A stretch of 64,000 nt of DNA from Burkholderiales bacterium (GTDB lineage Bacteria; Pseudomonadota; Gammaproteobacteria; Burkholderiales; SG8-41), in the NCBI GenBank assembly GCA_030833315.1, contig JAURHM010000001.1, forward strand, positions 50,233 to 114,232, in the 5' to 3' direction. The notes beneath the pieces are model-generated. The model searched no databases. It worked only from the letters and a program-made list of their open reading frames with translations, and was not told where the DNA came from. The position numbers and the translations under genes are program-made. Positions 18,816 to 28,721 of the stretch are shown one piece after another (positions within the stretch are counted from its first letter, which is position 1; every line of letters starts with the position of its first letter).

Positions 18816-19406
18816 ATGGCTGCTGCAGGCTCACCGCTGGATGTTCTGCTTGGCGCGCCGCTGAATCATCTGCTGCGCGCCAACGGCTGGGCGCGGGAAT
18901 CACTCAAACCCTACGCCGGCAAAACAGTCTGCGTGCGTTGCCTGCCGTTTTCCGCCAGCCTGCGGATCATTGACTCCGGCGAAGTCACCCCGGCAAGCGC
19001 CGGCTCAACGCCCGACGCCACCCTGACCGTCACGCCGGCGCTGCTGCTGCGCATGGCGACCCGCGATGACACCGCCTGGCGCGGCATCACTGTCGAAGGT
19101 GATATGGCGCTGGCCGGTGCGGTGAACCACCTGTGGCGCCATCTGCGCTGGGATGTCGAGGAGGACCTGTCGCGCGTGTTCGGCGATGTGGCCGCGCATC
19201 GCATGACCGGTTCGGCGCAGGCAATGGCGCAGTGGGCAACAATAAGCGGCGAAAACCTGATGCGCTCCTTCACCGAATACTGGACCGAAGAACGGCCTGC
19301 CGTTGCCGCCGCCAACGATCTCGCCGGTTTCGCCGCCGGCGTTGACCGCTTGCGCGACGACCTTGCCCGTCTCGAAAAACGCATTTCGAAGCTGGCCGCA
19401 GGCTGA
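18816..19406 (+). CDS. ubiJ: SCP2-domain ubiquinone biosynthesis accessory factor UbiJ
   Basis: Position between ubiE and ubiB. N-terminal LNHLLRANGWARESLKPYAGKTV and C-terminal coiled segment (RLRDDLARLEKRISKL), as in UbiJ. Confidence 0.7.
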   Translation: MAAAGSPLDVLLGAPLNHLLRANGWARESLKPYAGKTVCVRCLPFSASLRIIDSGEVTPASAGSTPDATLTVTPALLLRMATRDDTAWRGITVEGDMALAGAVNHLWRHLRWDVEEDLSRVFGDVAAHRMTGSAQAMAQWATISGENLMRSFTEYWTEERPAVAAANDLAGFAAGVDRLRDDLARLEKRISKLAAG

Positions 19407-19455
19407 TTCCGGCGGTTCCTCCCCCGCATTCCCCTCGGGCGGATAAAATGCACGG

Positions 19456-20970
19456 GTGCGCCTCCTTCGCCTGCTGAAAATCCTCCGTGTTTCACTGCGT
19501 TTCGGACTCGACGAGTTCCTGCTCGGGCATGAACGCGTGCGCGCGCTGCGGGCTGCCGTCAGCACGCTGCTGTTCTGGCGCGATCTTTCTGCCCCCCGCG
19601 CCGTTCGCCTGCGCCACGCGCTTGAAACCCTGGGGCCGATTTTCGTCAAATTCGGACAGGTACTGTCGACGCGACGCGACCTGATTCCTCCGGACATCGC
19701 CGAGGAACTCGCCCGGCTGCAGGATCAGGTGCCGCCCTTTCCCGGCGCCGACGTTGAACGCATCCTCGCCGCAGCCTATGACAAACCACTTGGTGAGGTG
19801 TTTTCGCACTTTGACCGGACGCCCATCGCCAGTGCTTCCGTCGCCCAGGTACATATCGGCAAACTTGCTGACGGCAAGGAAGTCGCGGTCAAGGTGTTGC
19901 GCCCGGGCATCGCCGGCGTCATCGCCAAGGATGTCGCTCTGCTCGACGCCGGCGCCGTGCTGCTCGAATGGCTGTGGCTGGACGGCAAACGCCTCAAGCC
20001 GCGCGAGGTGGTCGCCGAATTCGCCCGTCACCTCGAGGATGAACTCGATCTGATGCGCGAAGCCGCGAATGCCAGCCAGCTGCGGCGCAATTTCCGCAAT
20101 TCACCGCTGCTGGCCGTGCCGGAAATCCACTGGCAGCACTGTTCGACTGAAGTCATGGTCATGGAACGCATGCACGGCATTCCCGTCTCTGCCGTTGCCG
20201 AAATGCGCGACCGGGGCATCGACATTCCGAAGCTTGCGCGCTCCGGTGTTGAAATCTTTTTCACCCAGGTGTTCCGCGACGGCTTTTTCCATGCCGACAT
20301 GCATCCCGGCAATATTCTCGTCGCCGCCAACGGTCAATATGTCGCGCTCGATTTCGGCATCATGGGCACGCTGACGGAAACCGATAAACATTATCTCGCG
20401 CGTAATTTCATTGCCTTTTTCCGCCGCGACTATCGCCGGGTCGCCGAGGTCCATGTCGAGTCCGGCTGGGCACCGCCGGGCACCCGGGTCGATGAATTCG
20501 AAACTGCGATCCGCGCAGTATGCGAACCGATATTCGACAAACCGCTGAAGGACATTTCTTTCGGAAAGATACTTCTGCGCCTGTTCCAGACCTCGCGCCG
20601 CTTCAATATCGAAATCCAGCCGCAATTGGTGCTGCTGCAAAAAACCCTGCTCAATGTCGAAGGTCTGGGCCGCGAACTCGATCCCGACCTTGATCTGTGG
20701 CAGACCGCGAAACCCTTTCTCGAACGCTGGATGTCGGAGCAGATCGGCTGGCGCGGCCTGATGCGCCGGATCGGCGAGGAACTGCCGTTCTGGAGCGAAC
20801 TACTGCCGCAACTGCCGCGGCTCACCGAGCAGTTTCTGAGGCGTGATCCGGAAGCTGCATTGCAGTCACATATTGATGCCCTGCTGAAGCAGCAGCGCCG
20901 CAACACCTGGCTGCTGGGTATGGCCATCGTCCTGCTGGCCGCGCTGCTGTCCCTGCAACTGCTGTCGTAA
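19456..20970 (+). CDS. ubiB: ubiquinone biosynthesis regulatory protein kinase UbiB (ABC1 family)
   Basis: GTG start. [66 protein letters not shown]-terminal TM helix. Confidence 0.92.
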   Translation: MRLLRLLKILRVSLRFGLDEFLLGHERVRALRAAVSTLLFWRDLSAPRAVRLRHALETLGPIFVKFGQVLSTRRDLIPPDIAEELARLQDQVPPFPGADVERILAAAYDKPLGEVFSHFDRTPIASASVAQVHIGKLADGKEVAVKVLRPGIAGVIAKDVALLDAGAVLLEWLWLDGKRLKPREVVAEFARHLEDELDLMREAANASQLRRNFRNSPLLAVPEIHWQHCSTEVMVMERMHGIPVSAVAEMRDRGIDIPKLARSGVEIFFTQVFRDGFFHADMHPGNILVAANGQYVALDFGIMGTLTETDKHYLARNFIAFFRRDYRRVAEVHVESGWAPPGTRVDEFETAIRAVCEPIFDKPLKDISFGKILLRLFQTSRRFNIEIQPQLVLLQKTLLNVEGLGRELDPDLDLWQTAKPFLERWMSEQIGWRGLMRRIGEELPFWSELLPQLPRLTEQFLRRDPEAALQSHIDALLKQQRRNTWLLGMAIVLLAALLSLQLLS

Positions 20971-21015
20971 TCGCATCGCCCGCGGCTATAATCCTCCGGC
21001 AAAAGGGGATTTGCG

Positions 21016-22494
21016 ATGCTTCTGTGGTTTGTGATTGCCTACCTGATGGTGTCCGTCGGAATCGGCTTGTGGGCCGCGACCCGTGTCCATAACACCAAGG
21101 ATTTTGCCGTCGCCGGCCGTTCGCTGCCGCTGCCCATCGTGACAGCCACAGTGTTCGCCACCTGGTTCGGCGCCGAGGCCGTGTTCGGCGTCTCCTCGCA
21201 GTTCGTCAAGGAAGGCCTCTCCGGCGTGGTTGCCGATCCTTTCGGCTCCTCGCTGTGCCTGATCATCGCCGGCCTGTTCTTCGCCAACAAGCTTTACAAG
21301 CTGAACATCCTTACTGTCGGCGACTTCTACCGGATGCGCTACAACCGCACGGTAGAAGTAATCACCTCGCTGTGCATCGTCGGCTCCTATCTCGGCTGGG
21401 TGTCGGCGCAGATCAAGGCGATGGGACTGATTTTCAGCGTCATCACCAACGGCGCGGTCAGCCCCGAGCTGGGCATGATCATCGGCGCCGCCATCGTGCT
21501 GACCTACACCACCTTCGGCGGCATGTTCTCGGTTGCCATCCTCGACTTCGTACAGATGACCGTCAGCATGGGCGGGCTGCTGTTCATCGCCTGGACCGTC
21601 AGCGGCATGACCGGCGGCGCGGGCGTGGTCATCGAACACGCTTCACAGGCCGGCAAGTTCGAATTTTTCCCACCGCCCGATCCGTGGATGTGGCTGACCT
21701 TCCTCGGCGCGCTGCTGACCATGATGCTGGGCTCGCTGCCACAGCAGGACGTGTTCCAGCGAGTGACATCGGCGAAATCCGCCAAAATTGCCATCGTCGG
21801 CTCTCTGCTCGGCGCCTCGATCTATTTCTGTTTCACCTTCGTGCCGATGTTCATCGCCTATTCGGCGACGCTGATCGATCCCAAACTGTTCGCCGAGCTG
21901 CTGGAAAAGGATTCCCAGCTGATCCTTCCGACACTGGTGCTGCAGCACATGCCGCTGTTCGCGCAGATCCTGTTCTTCGGCGCGGTGCTGTCGGCGATCA
22001 TGAGCTGTTCGTCAGCGACGCTGCTCGCGCCGTCGGTGATGTTCGCGGAAAACATCGTCAAGGGTTACTTCCCCCACATCTCCGACCGCAAGTTCCTGTG
22101 GATCATGCGCGTGACCATCGTTTGTTTTGCCGCGATCATCCTGGTGTTCGCGCTCAACTCTGAACTGTCGATTTTCCATATGGTCGAATCGGCGTACAAA
22201 ATCACGCTGGCCGGCGCCTTCGTGCCGCTGGTCGTCGGCGCATTCTGGAAACGCGCCACCACGCAGGGTGCGCTGGCAGCAACGCTGGGCGGACTGATTT
22301 CGTGGATTCTGGTCGAGCTGCTGGTCGGCGAAGCCAGCCCGGTTCCGCCGCAGCTGATCGGACTGGTGGTGTCGGCATTCGGCATGCTCATCGGTTCGCT
22401 GCTGCCCCAGCGTTACGGCCTCGCGCAGCACCACGAACACCCGCCCCATCACCACGCCCAGCCGCATTTGCAGCCTCCGCATCACCAAGGCTGA
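21016..22494 (+). CDS. sodium:solute symporter (SSF) family transporter with His-rich C-terminal tail
   Basis: KDFAVAGRSLPLPIVTATVFATWFGAEAV and multiple TM helices. The last 24 residues, LAQHHEHPPHHHAQPHLQPPHHQG, contain 9 His. Confidence 0.85.
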   Translation: MLLWFVIAYLMVSVGIGLWAATRVHNTKDFAVAGRSLPLPIVTATVFATWFGAEAVFGVSSQFVKEGLSGVVADPFGSSLCLIIAGLFFANKLYKLNILTVGDFYRMRYNRTVEVITSLCIVGSYLGWVSAQIKAMGLIFSVITNGAVSPELGMIIGAAIVLTYTTFGGMFSVAILDFVQMTVSMGGLLFIAWTVSGMTGGAGVVIEHASQAGKFEFFPPPDPWMWLTFLGALLTMMLGSLPQQDVFQRVTSAKSAKIAIVGSLLGASIYFCFTFVPMFIAYSATLIDPKLFAELLEKDSQLILPTLVLQHMPLFAQILFFGAVLSAIMSCSSATLLAPSVMFAENIVKGYFPHISDRKFLWIMRVTIVCFAAIILVFALNSELSIFHMVESAYKITLAGAFVPLVVGAFWKRATTQGALAATLGGLISWILVELLVGEASPVPPQLIGLVVSAFGMLIGSLLPQRYGLAQHHEHPPHHHAQPHLQPPHHQG

Positions 22495-22513
22495 GAGCAG
22501 CAGCATCGATTCC

Positions 22514-23059
22514 ATGCCGCGGAAAGATCTGATCAAAGCGGCGCTGCTGCTGTTGCTCGGCATCAACGCCGCAATCCAAGCGGCTACCGGCCGCGTCAGC
22601 GAAACCCTTGACGCCTTCGCCTGGTTCACTTTGCTGCTGCTGTTCGAGCTGGAAACCCGCGGGCTGCCATGGACACTGCAGTCGCGAGCGGCTTTGGCAC
22701 TCAATGGCCTGCGCCTGCTCGCCACCGGCGCCATCGTCTGGTCGGCAATGGTTTTTGTCGAAGAACAGGAATGGCTGGATGCAGCCAATGGCTGGCTGTG
22801 GATCGGCGTGGTCATCCTGCTCGAACTTGAATTCCGCGTGCCGGTCCTGATCGCGCGCTGGCGGCGCGCCGCCGTTGCTGCAGCGATCCTGCTCTACGGC
22901 GCACTGACCGTCGTCGCCGCAGCGTGGTGGGTACAAGGCGAGTGGTTTGACGGTTACGACGCGGTGTTATGGATCACCGCGTTTGTATTGCTGGAAATGG
23001 ATTTGCTCGGCCGCATCCCCGGTTCCTCAAAACCCGTCCCGAAGGGAATCAGCAAGTAA
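22514..23059 (+). CDS. small integral membrane protein with three internal repeats ending in acidic LLxE(L/M)(E/D)
   Basis: LDAFAWFTLLLLFELETR / LDAANGWLWIGVVILLELEFR / YDAVLWITAFVLLEMDLLGR. Starts 19 nt after the symporter stop. Confidence 0.6.
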   Translation: MPRKDLIKAALLLLLGINAAIQAATGRVSETLDAFAWFTLLLLFELETRGLPWTLQSRAALALNGLRLLATGAIVWSAMVFVEEQEWLDAANGWLWIGVVILLELEFRVPVLIARWRRAAVAAAILLYGALTVVAAAWWVQGEWFDGYDAVLWITAFVLLEMDLLGRIPGSSKPVPKGISK

Positions 23060-23072
23060 TTGTTTTAATTGA

Positions 23073-24026
23073 CTATTTATACGCGGCACGAAAAGCATCC
23101 GCAAACCGCGCCAGTTCCTGCTGCGGCAGGCGGTTGATTCCGGCGGCAGCCTGTCGCCCGCCGCCGGTGGCAAACGCCGAACACAATGTTTCAGCACCCA
23201 CCGGATTGCTGCGCGGCGAGCGTACGCTGACCACATAACCGTCGGCCTTGGTCACCAGCACGGCATGCGCCCGCTGCGGTTCGGCCTGTACCAGGCGGTT
23301 GCTGAATACGCCATTGACGCGCCGGCTCCACGCTGCATCCGGCAGCACATACAGGGCAGCGGAATCATTCGCGAATTCGGGCTGTATCTCTTCGGCGCGC
23401 GCCAGATCTTCGGCGCCTGCCTGCTTCAATACTTCGAACACCGGTTCATCAAAGATGAAATGCCGCGGGTCGCGATACGGCGCGATCAGCTGATACAGAT
23501 CAGCCGGATGGTAGTGCAGATCGTCGATGCTCTCGCCATAGGCGTTGTAGTTGATCGCCTCGCCCAGCTCATGCAGACGCGCGAGCTCGGTGTGATCCAA
23601 AGCCAGCGGCTGCGCGGCGCGGATTGCCGATTCAACCAGGTTGTCGCCGAACGCGGCCACCACCGCCCACAGCCGGTGCCGCCCGGCGAGATGGCTGTCG
23701 ACAATCAGGCTGGTGCAGATATCGGGAGCGGTATCGATGTGCGCACGAAACGACGGGTGCTGCGGGACATCGCCGGCGGCATGATGGTCGAAATATTCGA
23801 TGCTCGCGCCCCGTTGCAGCGCCCGCGCAACGCCGGTGGTATTGGTACGCAGCGAAACATCGAGGACAGTCAGGCTGTCACCCGCCTTTGCATCGACGCG
23901 CGCCACCAGCGCGATGTCGCGTTTGACGCCGGTGACCAGCTCCGCGTCGCGGGGTTCGTCCAGCCGCAGCTGGTGCAGCGCGCAAATGCCGTCGGCGTCG
24001 CCGTTGAAGATATCGTAGAATTTCAT
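23073..24026 (-). CDS. DHH/DHHA1-family phosphoesterase
   Basis: FNGDADGICAL (DxD), YFDHHAAG (DHH), C-terminal FATGGGRQAAAG (DHHA1 GGGxxxAAG-like). Confidence 0.7.
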   Translation of the reverse strand: MKFYDIFNGDADGICALHQLRLDEPRDAELVTGVKRDIALVARVDAKAGDSLTVLDVSLRTNTTGVARALQRGASIEYFDHHAAGDVPQHPSFRAHIDTAPDICTSLIVDSHLAGRHRLWAVVAAFGDNLVESAIRAAQPLALDHTELARLHELGEAINYNAYGESIDDLHYHPADLYQLIAPYRDPRHFIFDEPVFEVLKQAGAEDLARAEEIQPEFANDSAALYVLPDAAWSRRVNGVFSNRLVQAEPQRAHAVLVTKADGYVVSVRSPRSNPVGAETLCSAFATGGGRQAAAGINRLPQQELARFADAFRAAYK

Positions 24027-24028
24027 GA

Positions 24029-25150
24029 ATGATGCCGGATTACACAGCGGGTGCCATGCCGCACAATTTCCGGTCGCGCGGATATCGCGTCGCTGCCATG
24101 GCGGCGCTAGCTTACAGTCTGGTGATCATCTATGCCAGCCTGCAGCCCTTCAGCGGCTGGCGCATGGAAAGCACGCCCTTCGGCGCCTTCCTGTTCGCGC
24201 CGTGGCCGCGCTGGATTACCGTTGAAGATATCGGTTTTAATTTCGCCGCCTACCTGCCGCTCGGCTTCCTGCTGACCCTGACGCTGTGCGCGCGCCTGCA
24301 CCCGCGTTCCGCCGCGCTGCTGTCGGCCGTCGCCTGCGCGGTGCTGAGCATTTCTCTTGAGTCTGCTCAGCAGTACCTGCCGATGCGCATCGCCTCCGCC
24401 ACCGATGTGCTGGTCAATGCCTGCGGCGGCACGCTCGGCGCGCTGATCGCACCGCTTTTTGCGCCGGGTCACCGTTTCGGCGAAAGACTGGCACTGCTGC
24501 GCAGCAACGCTTTTATCGGCGGCCCGCGCGGTGACGCCGTACTGGTGCTGGCCGGACTGTGGCTGCTGACCCAGCTGCACGCGGCGCCGATCAATATGGG
24601 CAACGGCGACTTCCGCAGCAGCCTCGAGCTGGCAGCACGTTTCGCCTACACACCGGAAACGTACCGTTACGCCGAAGCCGGCGTGGTAATGCTCAGCATC
24701 CTTGGAATGGGTCTGTTGCTGGCCAGCGTTGCCCGAAACATCGGCTGGGATTACTGGCGCGCGCTGCTGCTGCTCATCACCGGCGCTGCCGTGCTGAAAG
24801 CCGCTGCAGCCTGGCTGATCCTGCGCACACCGACCCCCTGGAACTGGCTGACGCCGGGTTTTGTCATGGGCCTCGTCGCCGCCGTCCTGCTGTTGCTGCC
24901 ACTGGTCATGTTGCCGCCCCGGGGACGAGGCCTCGCGGCGCTGCTGGCACTGGCCTCCGCGGTGATTCTGGTCAACTGCACGCCGGAGAACCCCTACCGC
25001 AGCGTACCCATTCATCTGCTGCCGGGACGGATCGGCCATTTCCTCAGTTTCAGCAGCATGATCCGCGCCTTGTCCGATCTGTGGCCCTTCCTGACCCTGC
25101 TGTTCCTGCTGGTCAGCCTGCCACTGCGCTACGCCCCGAACCGCCGTTGA
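24029..25150 (+). CDS. VanZ-family membrane protein with extended C-terminal TM region
   Basis: SLQPFSGW..., LESAQQYLPMRIASATDVLVNACGGTLGALIAPL (VanZ-like). Start may be a downstream ATG (24056 MPHNF...). Confidence 0.7.
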   Translation: MMPDYTAGAMPHNFRSRGYRVAAMAALAYSLVIIYASLQPFSGWRMESTPFGAFLFAPWPRWITVEDIGFNFAAYLPLGFLLTLTLCARLHPRSAALLSAVACAVLSISLESAQQYLPMRIASATDVLVNACGGTLGALIAPLFAPGHRFGERLALLRSNAFIGGPRGDAVLVLAGLWLLTQLHAAPINMGNGDFRSSLELAARFAYTPETYRYAEAGVVMLSILGMGLLLASVARNIGWDYWRALLLLITGAAVLKAAAAWLILRTPTPWNWLTPGFVMGLVAAVLLLLPLVMLPPRGRGLAALLALASAVILVNCTPENPYRSVPIHLLPGRIGHFLSFSSMIRALSDLWPFLTLLFLLVSLPLRYAPNRR

Positions 25151-25164
25151 ATCCGGAGAAACCC

Positions 25165-25527
25165 ATGCCCCGCAAAACACCCACCACCCTGTCCAGTCTG
25201 CGCGCCGATTTGCGCCGTTTTTCCGAGGCGCGTGAGTGGCAGCAGTTTCATACGCCGAAGAATCTGGCGATGGCGCTGAGCGTTGAGGCCGCTGAACTGC
25301 TCGAATGCTTTCAGTGGCTGACGCCCGAACAAAGCACCAAACTGAAGGTCAGCGACCGGCGCGCTGTCGAGGAAGAAGCAGCCGATGTGCTGCTCTACCT
25401 GCTGCGGCTGACCGACGTACTCGACATCGACCTGCTGCAGGCGGCGCAACGCAAGATGAAGCTCAATGCGCGCAAATACCCCGTCGCGCTGTCGCGCGGC
25501 TCGGCACGCAAGTATTCACGGCGCTGA
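25165..25527 (+). CDS. MazG-like nucleotide pyrophosphohydrolase
   Basis: LRRFSEAREWQQFHTPKNLAMALSVEAAELLECFQWL...EEEAADVLLYLLRL. ATG 25165 lies in frame inside track ORF 24559..25527. Confidence 0.85.
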   Translation: MPRKTPTTLSSLRADLRRFSEAREWQQFHTPKNLAMALSVEAAELLECFQWLTPEQSTKLKVSDRRAVEEEAADVLLYLLRLTDVLDIDLLQAAQRKMKLNARKYPVALSRGSARKYSRR

Positions 25528-25622
25528 GCGCGGCCCCACGCGGTTATAATCCCTGCCTGACAGTTTCACAGCCCCGCTCCGCACTCCTGTTCCACGTCAA
25601 CACGCCTGCCACGACACTCCCG

Positions 25623-25931
25623 ATGAGTCACTTCAAACACCACGTGTTTTTCTGCTGCAACCAGCGCGAACCCGGCGCCAATTGCTGCAACAACCATGGC
25701 GCACAGGATCTGCGCGACTACGCCAAGAAAAAAGTCAAAGCCCTGGGGCTTTCGGGTGAAGGCAAGACCCGCATCAACCAGGCCGGCTGCCTGGACCGCT
25801 GCGACCAGGGTCCAGTGCTGGTGATTTATCCCGAAGCGGTCTGGTACACCTATGTCGACCGTGAAGACATCGATGAAATCGTCACCGAACACCTGCAATA
25901 CGGGCGCGTCGTCGAGCGGCTGAAAATCTGA
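25623..25931 (+). CDS. thioredoxin-like [2Fe-2S] ferredoxin domain protein
   Basis: MSHFKHHVFFCCNQREPGANCC...AGCLDRCDQGPVLVIYPEAVWY. ATG 25623 inside track ORF 25305..25931. Confidence 0.8.
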   Translation: MSHFKHHVFFCCNQREPGANCCNNHGAQDLRDYAKKKVKALGLSGEGKTRINQAGCLDRCDQGPVLVIYPEAVWYTYVDREDIDEIVTEHLQYGRVVERLKI

Positions 25932-25958
25932 TCCTGCCGCTGTTGCACGGTTCACCCG

Positions 25959-26591
25959 ATGACCGCCACCGAAATCCGCCCTATGCCACCGTCGACTCTT
26001 GAACGCCTGGTCGTCAACGGTCCTGCCGGCGCGCTCGAAACCGATCTCAATGATCCCGGTCTGCCGCGCCGCGGCATCGCGGTGATCGCGCATCCGAATC
26101 CGGTGCAGGGCGGAACCAAGGACAACAAGGTGGTCACCACACTGGCCAAGACGCTGTTCGGCCTCGGCTACGTCGTCATCCGCCCCAATTTCCGCGGCGT
26201 TGGTGCCAGCGCAGGCAGCTTCGATCAGGGCAACGGAGAAACCGACGACATCATCGCCGTCATCAGTTATGCCAAGGAACGTTTCGGCGAAATGCCGCTG
26301 CTGCTTGCCGGCTTCTCCTTCGGTGGTTTTGTGCAGACCCGTGTCGCAAAACAGGTCACGGCCGAGCGGCTGGTGCTGGTCGGTCCGGCAGTAAGCCGTT
26401 TTCCGACCGAAGCCGTTCCCGCCAACACGCTGGTCATCCACGGCGAACATGACGAAGTCGTGCCGCTCGCGGCGGTATTCGAATGGGCGCGCCCGCAACA
26501 GCTGCCGGTAGTGGTGGTCCCCGGCGGCGAACACTTTTTCCACGGCCGTCTGCACCTGCTTGCACAGATTGTGCGCATGCATTGCGCATGA
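25959..26591 (+). CDS. alpha/beta hydrolase
   Basis: VIAHPNPVQGGTKDNKVV and nucleophile elbow GFSFGG. The stop overlaps the next start (ATGA). Confidence 0.75.
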   Translation: MTATEIRPMPPSTLERLVVNGPAGALETDLNDPGLPRRGIAVIAHPNPVQGGTKDNKVVTTLAKTLFGLGYVVIRPNFRGVGASAGSFDQGNGETDDIIAVISYAKERFGEMPLLLAGFSFGGFVQTRVAKQVTAERLVLVGPAVSRFPTEAVPANTLVIHGEHDEVVPLAAVFEWARPQQLPVVVVPGGEHFFHGRLHLLAQIVRMHCA

Positions 26592-27508
26592 ACACAGCAT
26601 CGCCGCTCAACGTTGCCGGACTGCGCAAATCCTACGGCGACAAGGAAGTCGTCTGCGGCATCGATCTCGCGCTTCAACCCGGCGAATGTTTCGGCCTGCT
26701 CGGTCCCAACGGCGCCGGCAAGACCACGACCTTGCGGCTGTGCCTCGGCTTGACCGGTCCCGACAGCGGCAGTATCCGCGTGCTCGGCCACGAAGTGCCG
26801 CAGCAGGGACGAGAAGCCCGCGCCCGTATCGGCGTCGTACCGCAGTTCGACAATCTCGATCCCGACTTTACCATCCGCGAAAACCTGCGCGTGTTCGGCC
26901 GTTACTTCGACATTCCCGATTCAACCCTGCAGGAACGCATCCCGGCATTGCTCGAATTCGCCGGACTGTCCAGCCGTGCCGATACCCGCATTCAGACACT
27001 GTCGGGCGGCATGAAACGCCGGTTGACGCTGGCCCGCGCGCTGATCAATGATCCGGAGCTGCTGTTCCTCGACGAACCGACCACCGGACTCGACCCGCAG
27101 GCGCGCCATGTGATCTGGGAGCGCCTGCGCAATCTGCTGAAACAGGGCAAGACGCTGCTGCTGACCACGCATTTCATGGAAGAGGCCGAGCGACTGTGCA
27201 GCCGTATCGCGATCATGGATCACGGCAAGATCATCAGCGGCGGCGATCCGCGGGCACTGATCACTCAGCATGTCGAACCGCATGTGGTCGAAGTCTATGG
27301 CGAGGGCGCACCCGGCTGGGGAGAAACTTTTGGCCGCCGGCACGCCGAGCGCTGCGAAGCCACCGGCGAAACCATTTTCTGCTACACCAGTGATCCGGCG
27401 CCGCTGGTCGCCGATCTCGACAGCCGCGGCGACCTGCGTTATCTGCACCGCCGCGCCAATATCGAAGACGTGTTTCTGAAACTCACCGGGCGCGACCTCA
27501 GGGACTGA
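26588..27508 (+). CDS. ABC transporter ATP-binding protein (NodI-like, ABC-2 exporter type)
   Basis: Walker A GPNGAGKTT, signature LSGGMKRR, Walker B LLFLDEPTTGLD. ATG 26588 (MNTASPLNVAGLRKSYG). Confidence 0.9.
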   Translation: MNTASPLNVAGLRKSYGDKEVVCGIDLALQPGECFGLLGPNGAGKTTTLRLCLGLTGPDSGSIRVLGHEVPQQGREARARIGVVPQFDNLDPDFTIRENLRVFGRYFDIPDSTLQERIPALLEFAGLSSRADTRIQTLSGGMKRRLTLARALINDPELLFLDEPTTGLDPQARHVIWERLRNLLKQGKTLLLTTHFMEEAERLCSRIAIMDHGKIISGGDPRALITQHVEPHVVEVYGEGAPGWGETFGRRHAERCEATGETIFCYTSDPAPLVADLDSRGDLRYLHRRANIEDVFLKLTGRDLRD

Positions 27509-27509
27509 C

Positions 27510-28295
27510 ATGTCTGCACAACACTGGTCCCCGCCGCGCTTGAGCCTACGCTTCCTGCATGTCTGGCGGCGCAATCTGCTGGTCTGGCGCAAGCTGGCGA
27601 TTCCGTCGATGCTCGGCAATCTCGCCGATCCGCTGCTGTATATGTTCGGCCTCGGTTACGGACTGGGTCGCATGCTCGAAGACGTCGGCGGCCTGTCGTA
27701 TATCGCTTTTCTCGCCTCGGGCGTGATCTGTTCCAGCACGATGATGAGTGCATCCTTCGAAGCCATGTATTCGGCGTTTTCGCGCATGCACATGCAGAAA
27801 ACCTGGGATGCCATCCTCAATGCACCGCTGACACTGGACGACGTGCTGCTCGGCGAATGGGTATGGGCGGCCAGCAAGAGTTTTCTGTCGGGCAGTGCCG
27901 TGTTGATCGTCGCTGCCGTGCTCGGTCTGGTGCCTTCGCCGCTGGCGATTGCGGTGATACCGCTGATTTTCCTCACCGGCCTCGCCTTTGCGGGCCTCGG
28001 CCTGATCATGACGGCGCTGTCGCCGAGTTATGACTTTTTCATGTACTACTTCACGCTTTGCGTGACGCCGATGATGCTGCTTTGCGGCGTTTTTTTCCCG
28101 CTCCACGAGCTGCCGGCGGCGGCGCAGATCGCGGCGCAGGCGCTGCCGCTGACCCACGCCGTCGCACTGGCGCGGCCGCTGGTCAACGGCACGGTTCCCT
28201 CAGACTGGCTGCTGCACGTCGCGGTACTCGCAGCCTATGCCGCCGGCAGCGCCTGGATTGCACTGGCGCTGACCCGGCGCCGGCTTCTGCAGTAA
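27510..28295 (+). CDS. ABC-2 type transporter permease (NodJ-like)
   Basis: 261 aa with six predicted TM helices. Starts 1 nt after the ATPase stop. Confidence 0.85.
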   Translation: MSAQHWSPPRLSLRFLHVWRRNLLVWRKLAIPSMLGNLADPLLYMFGLGYGLGRMLEDVGGLSYIAFLASGVICSSTMMSASFEAMYSAFSRMHMQKTWDAILNAPLTLDDVLLGEWVWAASKSFLSGSAVLIVAAVLGLVPSPLAIAVIPLIFLTGLAFAGLGLIMTALSPSYDFFMYYFTLCVTPMMLLCGVFFPLHELPAAAQIAAQALPLTHAVALARPLVNGTVPSDWLLHVAVLAAYAAGSAWIALALTRRRLLQ

Positions 28296-28305
28296 CATCG
28301 ACGCC

Positions 28306-28716
28306 ATGCTCTGGGTCAAAACCTTCCATCTGCTGTTTGTGATCTCCTGGTTCGCCGGCCTGTTCTATCTGCCGCGCATCCTCGTCAATCTGGCGATGGA
28401 GGACAACGAGATCTCGTATGCACGCCTGCTGCTGATGGCGCGCAAGCTTTACCGCTTCATGACCCTGCTCGCGGTGCCGGCGCTGGTGTTCGGCCTGTGG
28501 CTATGGCTGGGTTACGGCATCAGCGGTGGCTGGCTGCACGCCAAGCTGGTGCTGGTGGTGTTGCTGATTGGTTATCACCATGCCTGCGGCAGCCTGCTGG
28601 AAAAATTCGAGCAGAAGCGCAATACCCGCTCGCATGTCTGGTTCCGCTGGTTCAATGAGGTGCCGGTGTTGGTGCTGTTCGCCACGCTGATCCTCGTCGT
28701 GCTCAAGCCGTTCTGA
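28306..28716 (+). CDS. hemJ: protoporphyrinogen IX oxidase HemJ (UPF0093/CopD-like)
   Basis: MLWVKTFHLLFVISWFAGLFYLPRILV... and the HAKLVLVVLLIGYHH pattern typical of HemJ. Confidence 0.75.
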   Translation: MLWVKTFHLLFVISWFAGLFYLPRILVNLAMEDNEISYARLLLMARKLYRFMTLLAVPALVFGLWLWLGYGISGGWLHAKLVLVVLLIGYHHACGSLLEKFEQKRNTRSHVWFRWFNEVPVLVLFATLILVVLKPF

Positions 28717-28721
28717 TTCCC

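Noticed and set aside
24559-25527. 322-aa plus-strand ORF overlapping the VanZ gene
   Set aside because: Only the last 121 codons (from ATG 25165) look like a real protein (MazG-like). The upstream part is an out-of-frame read-through of the VanZ coding region.
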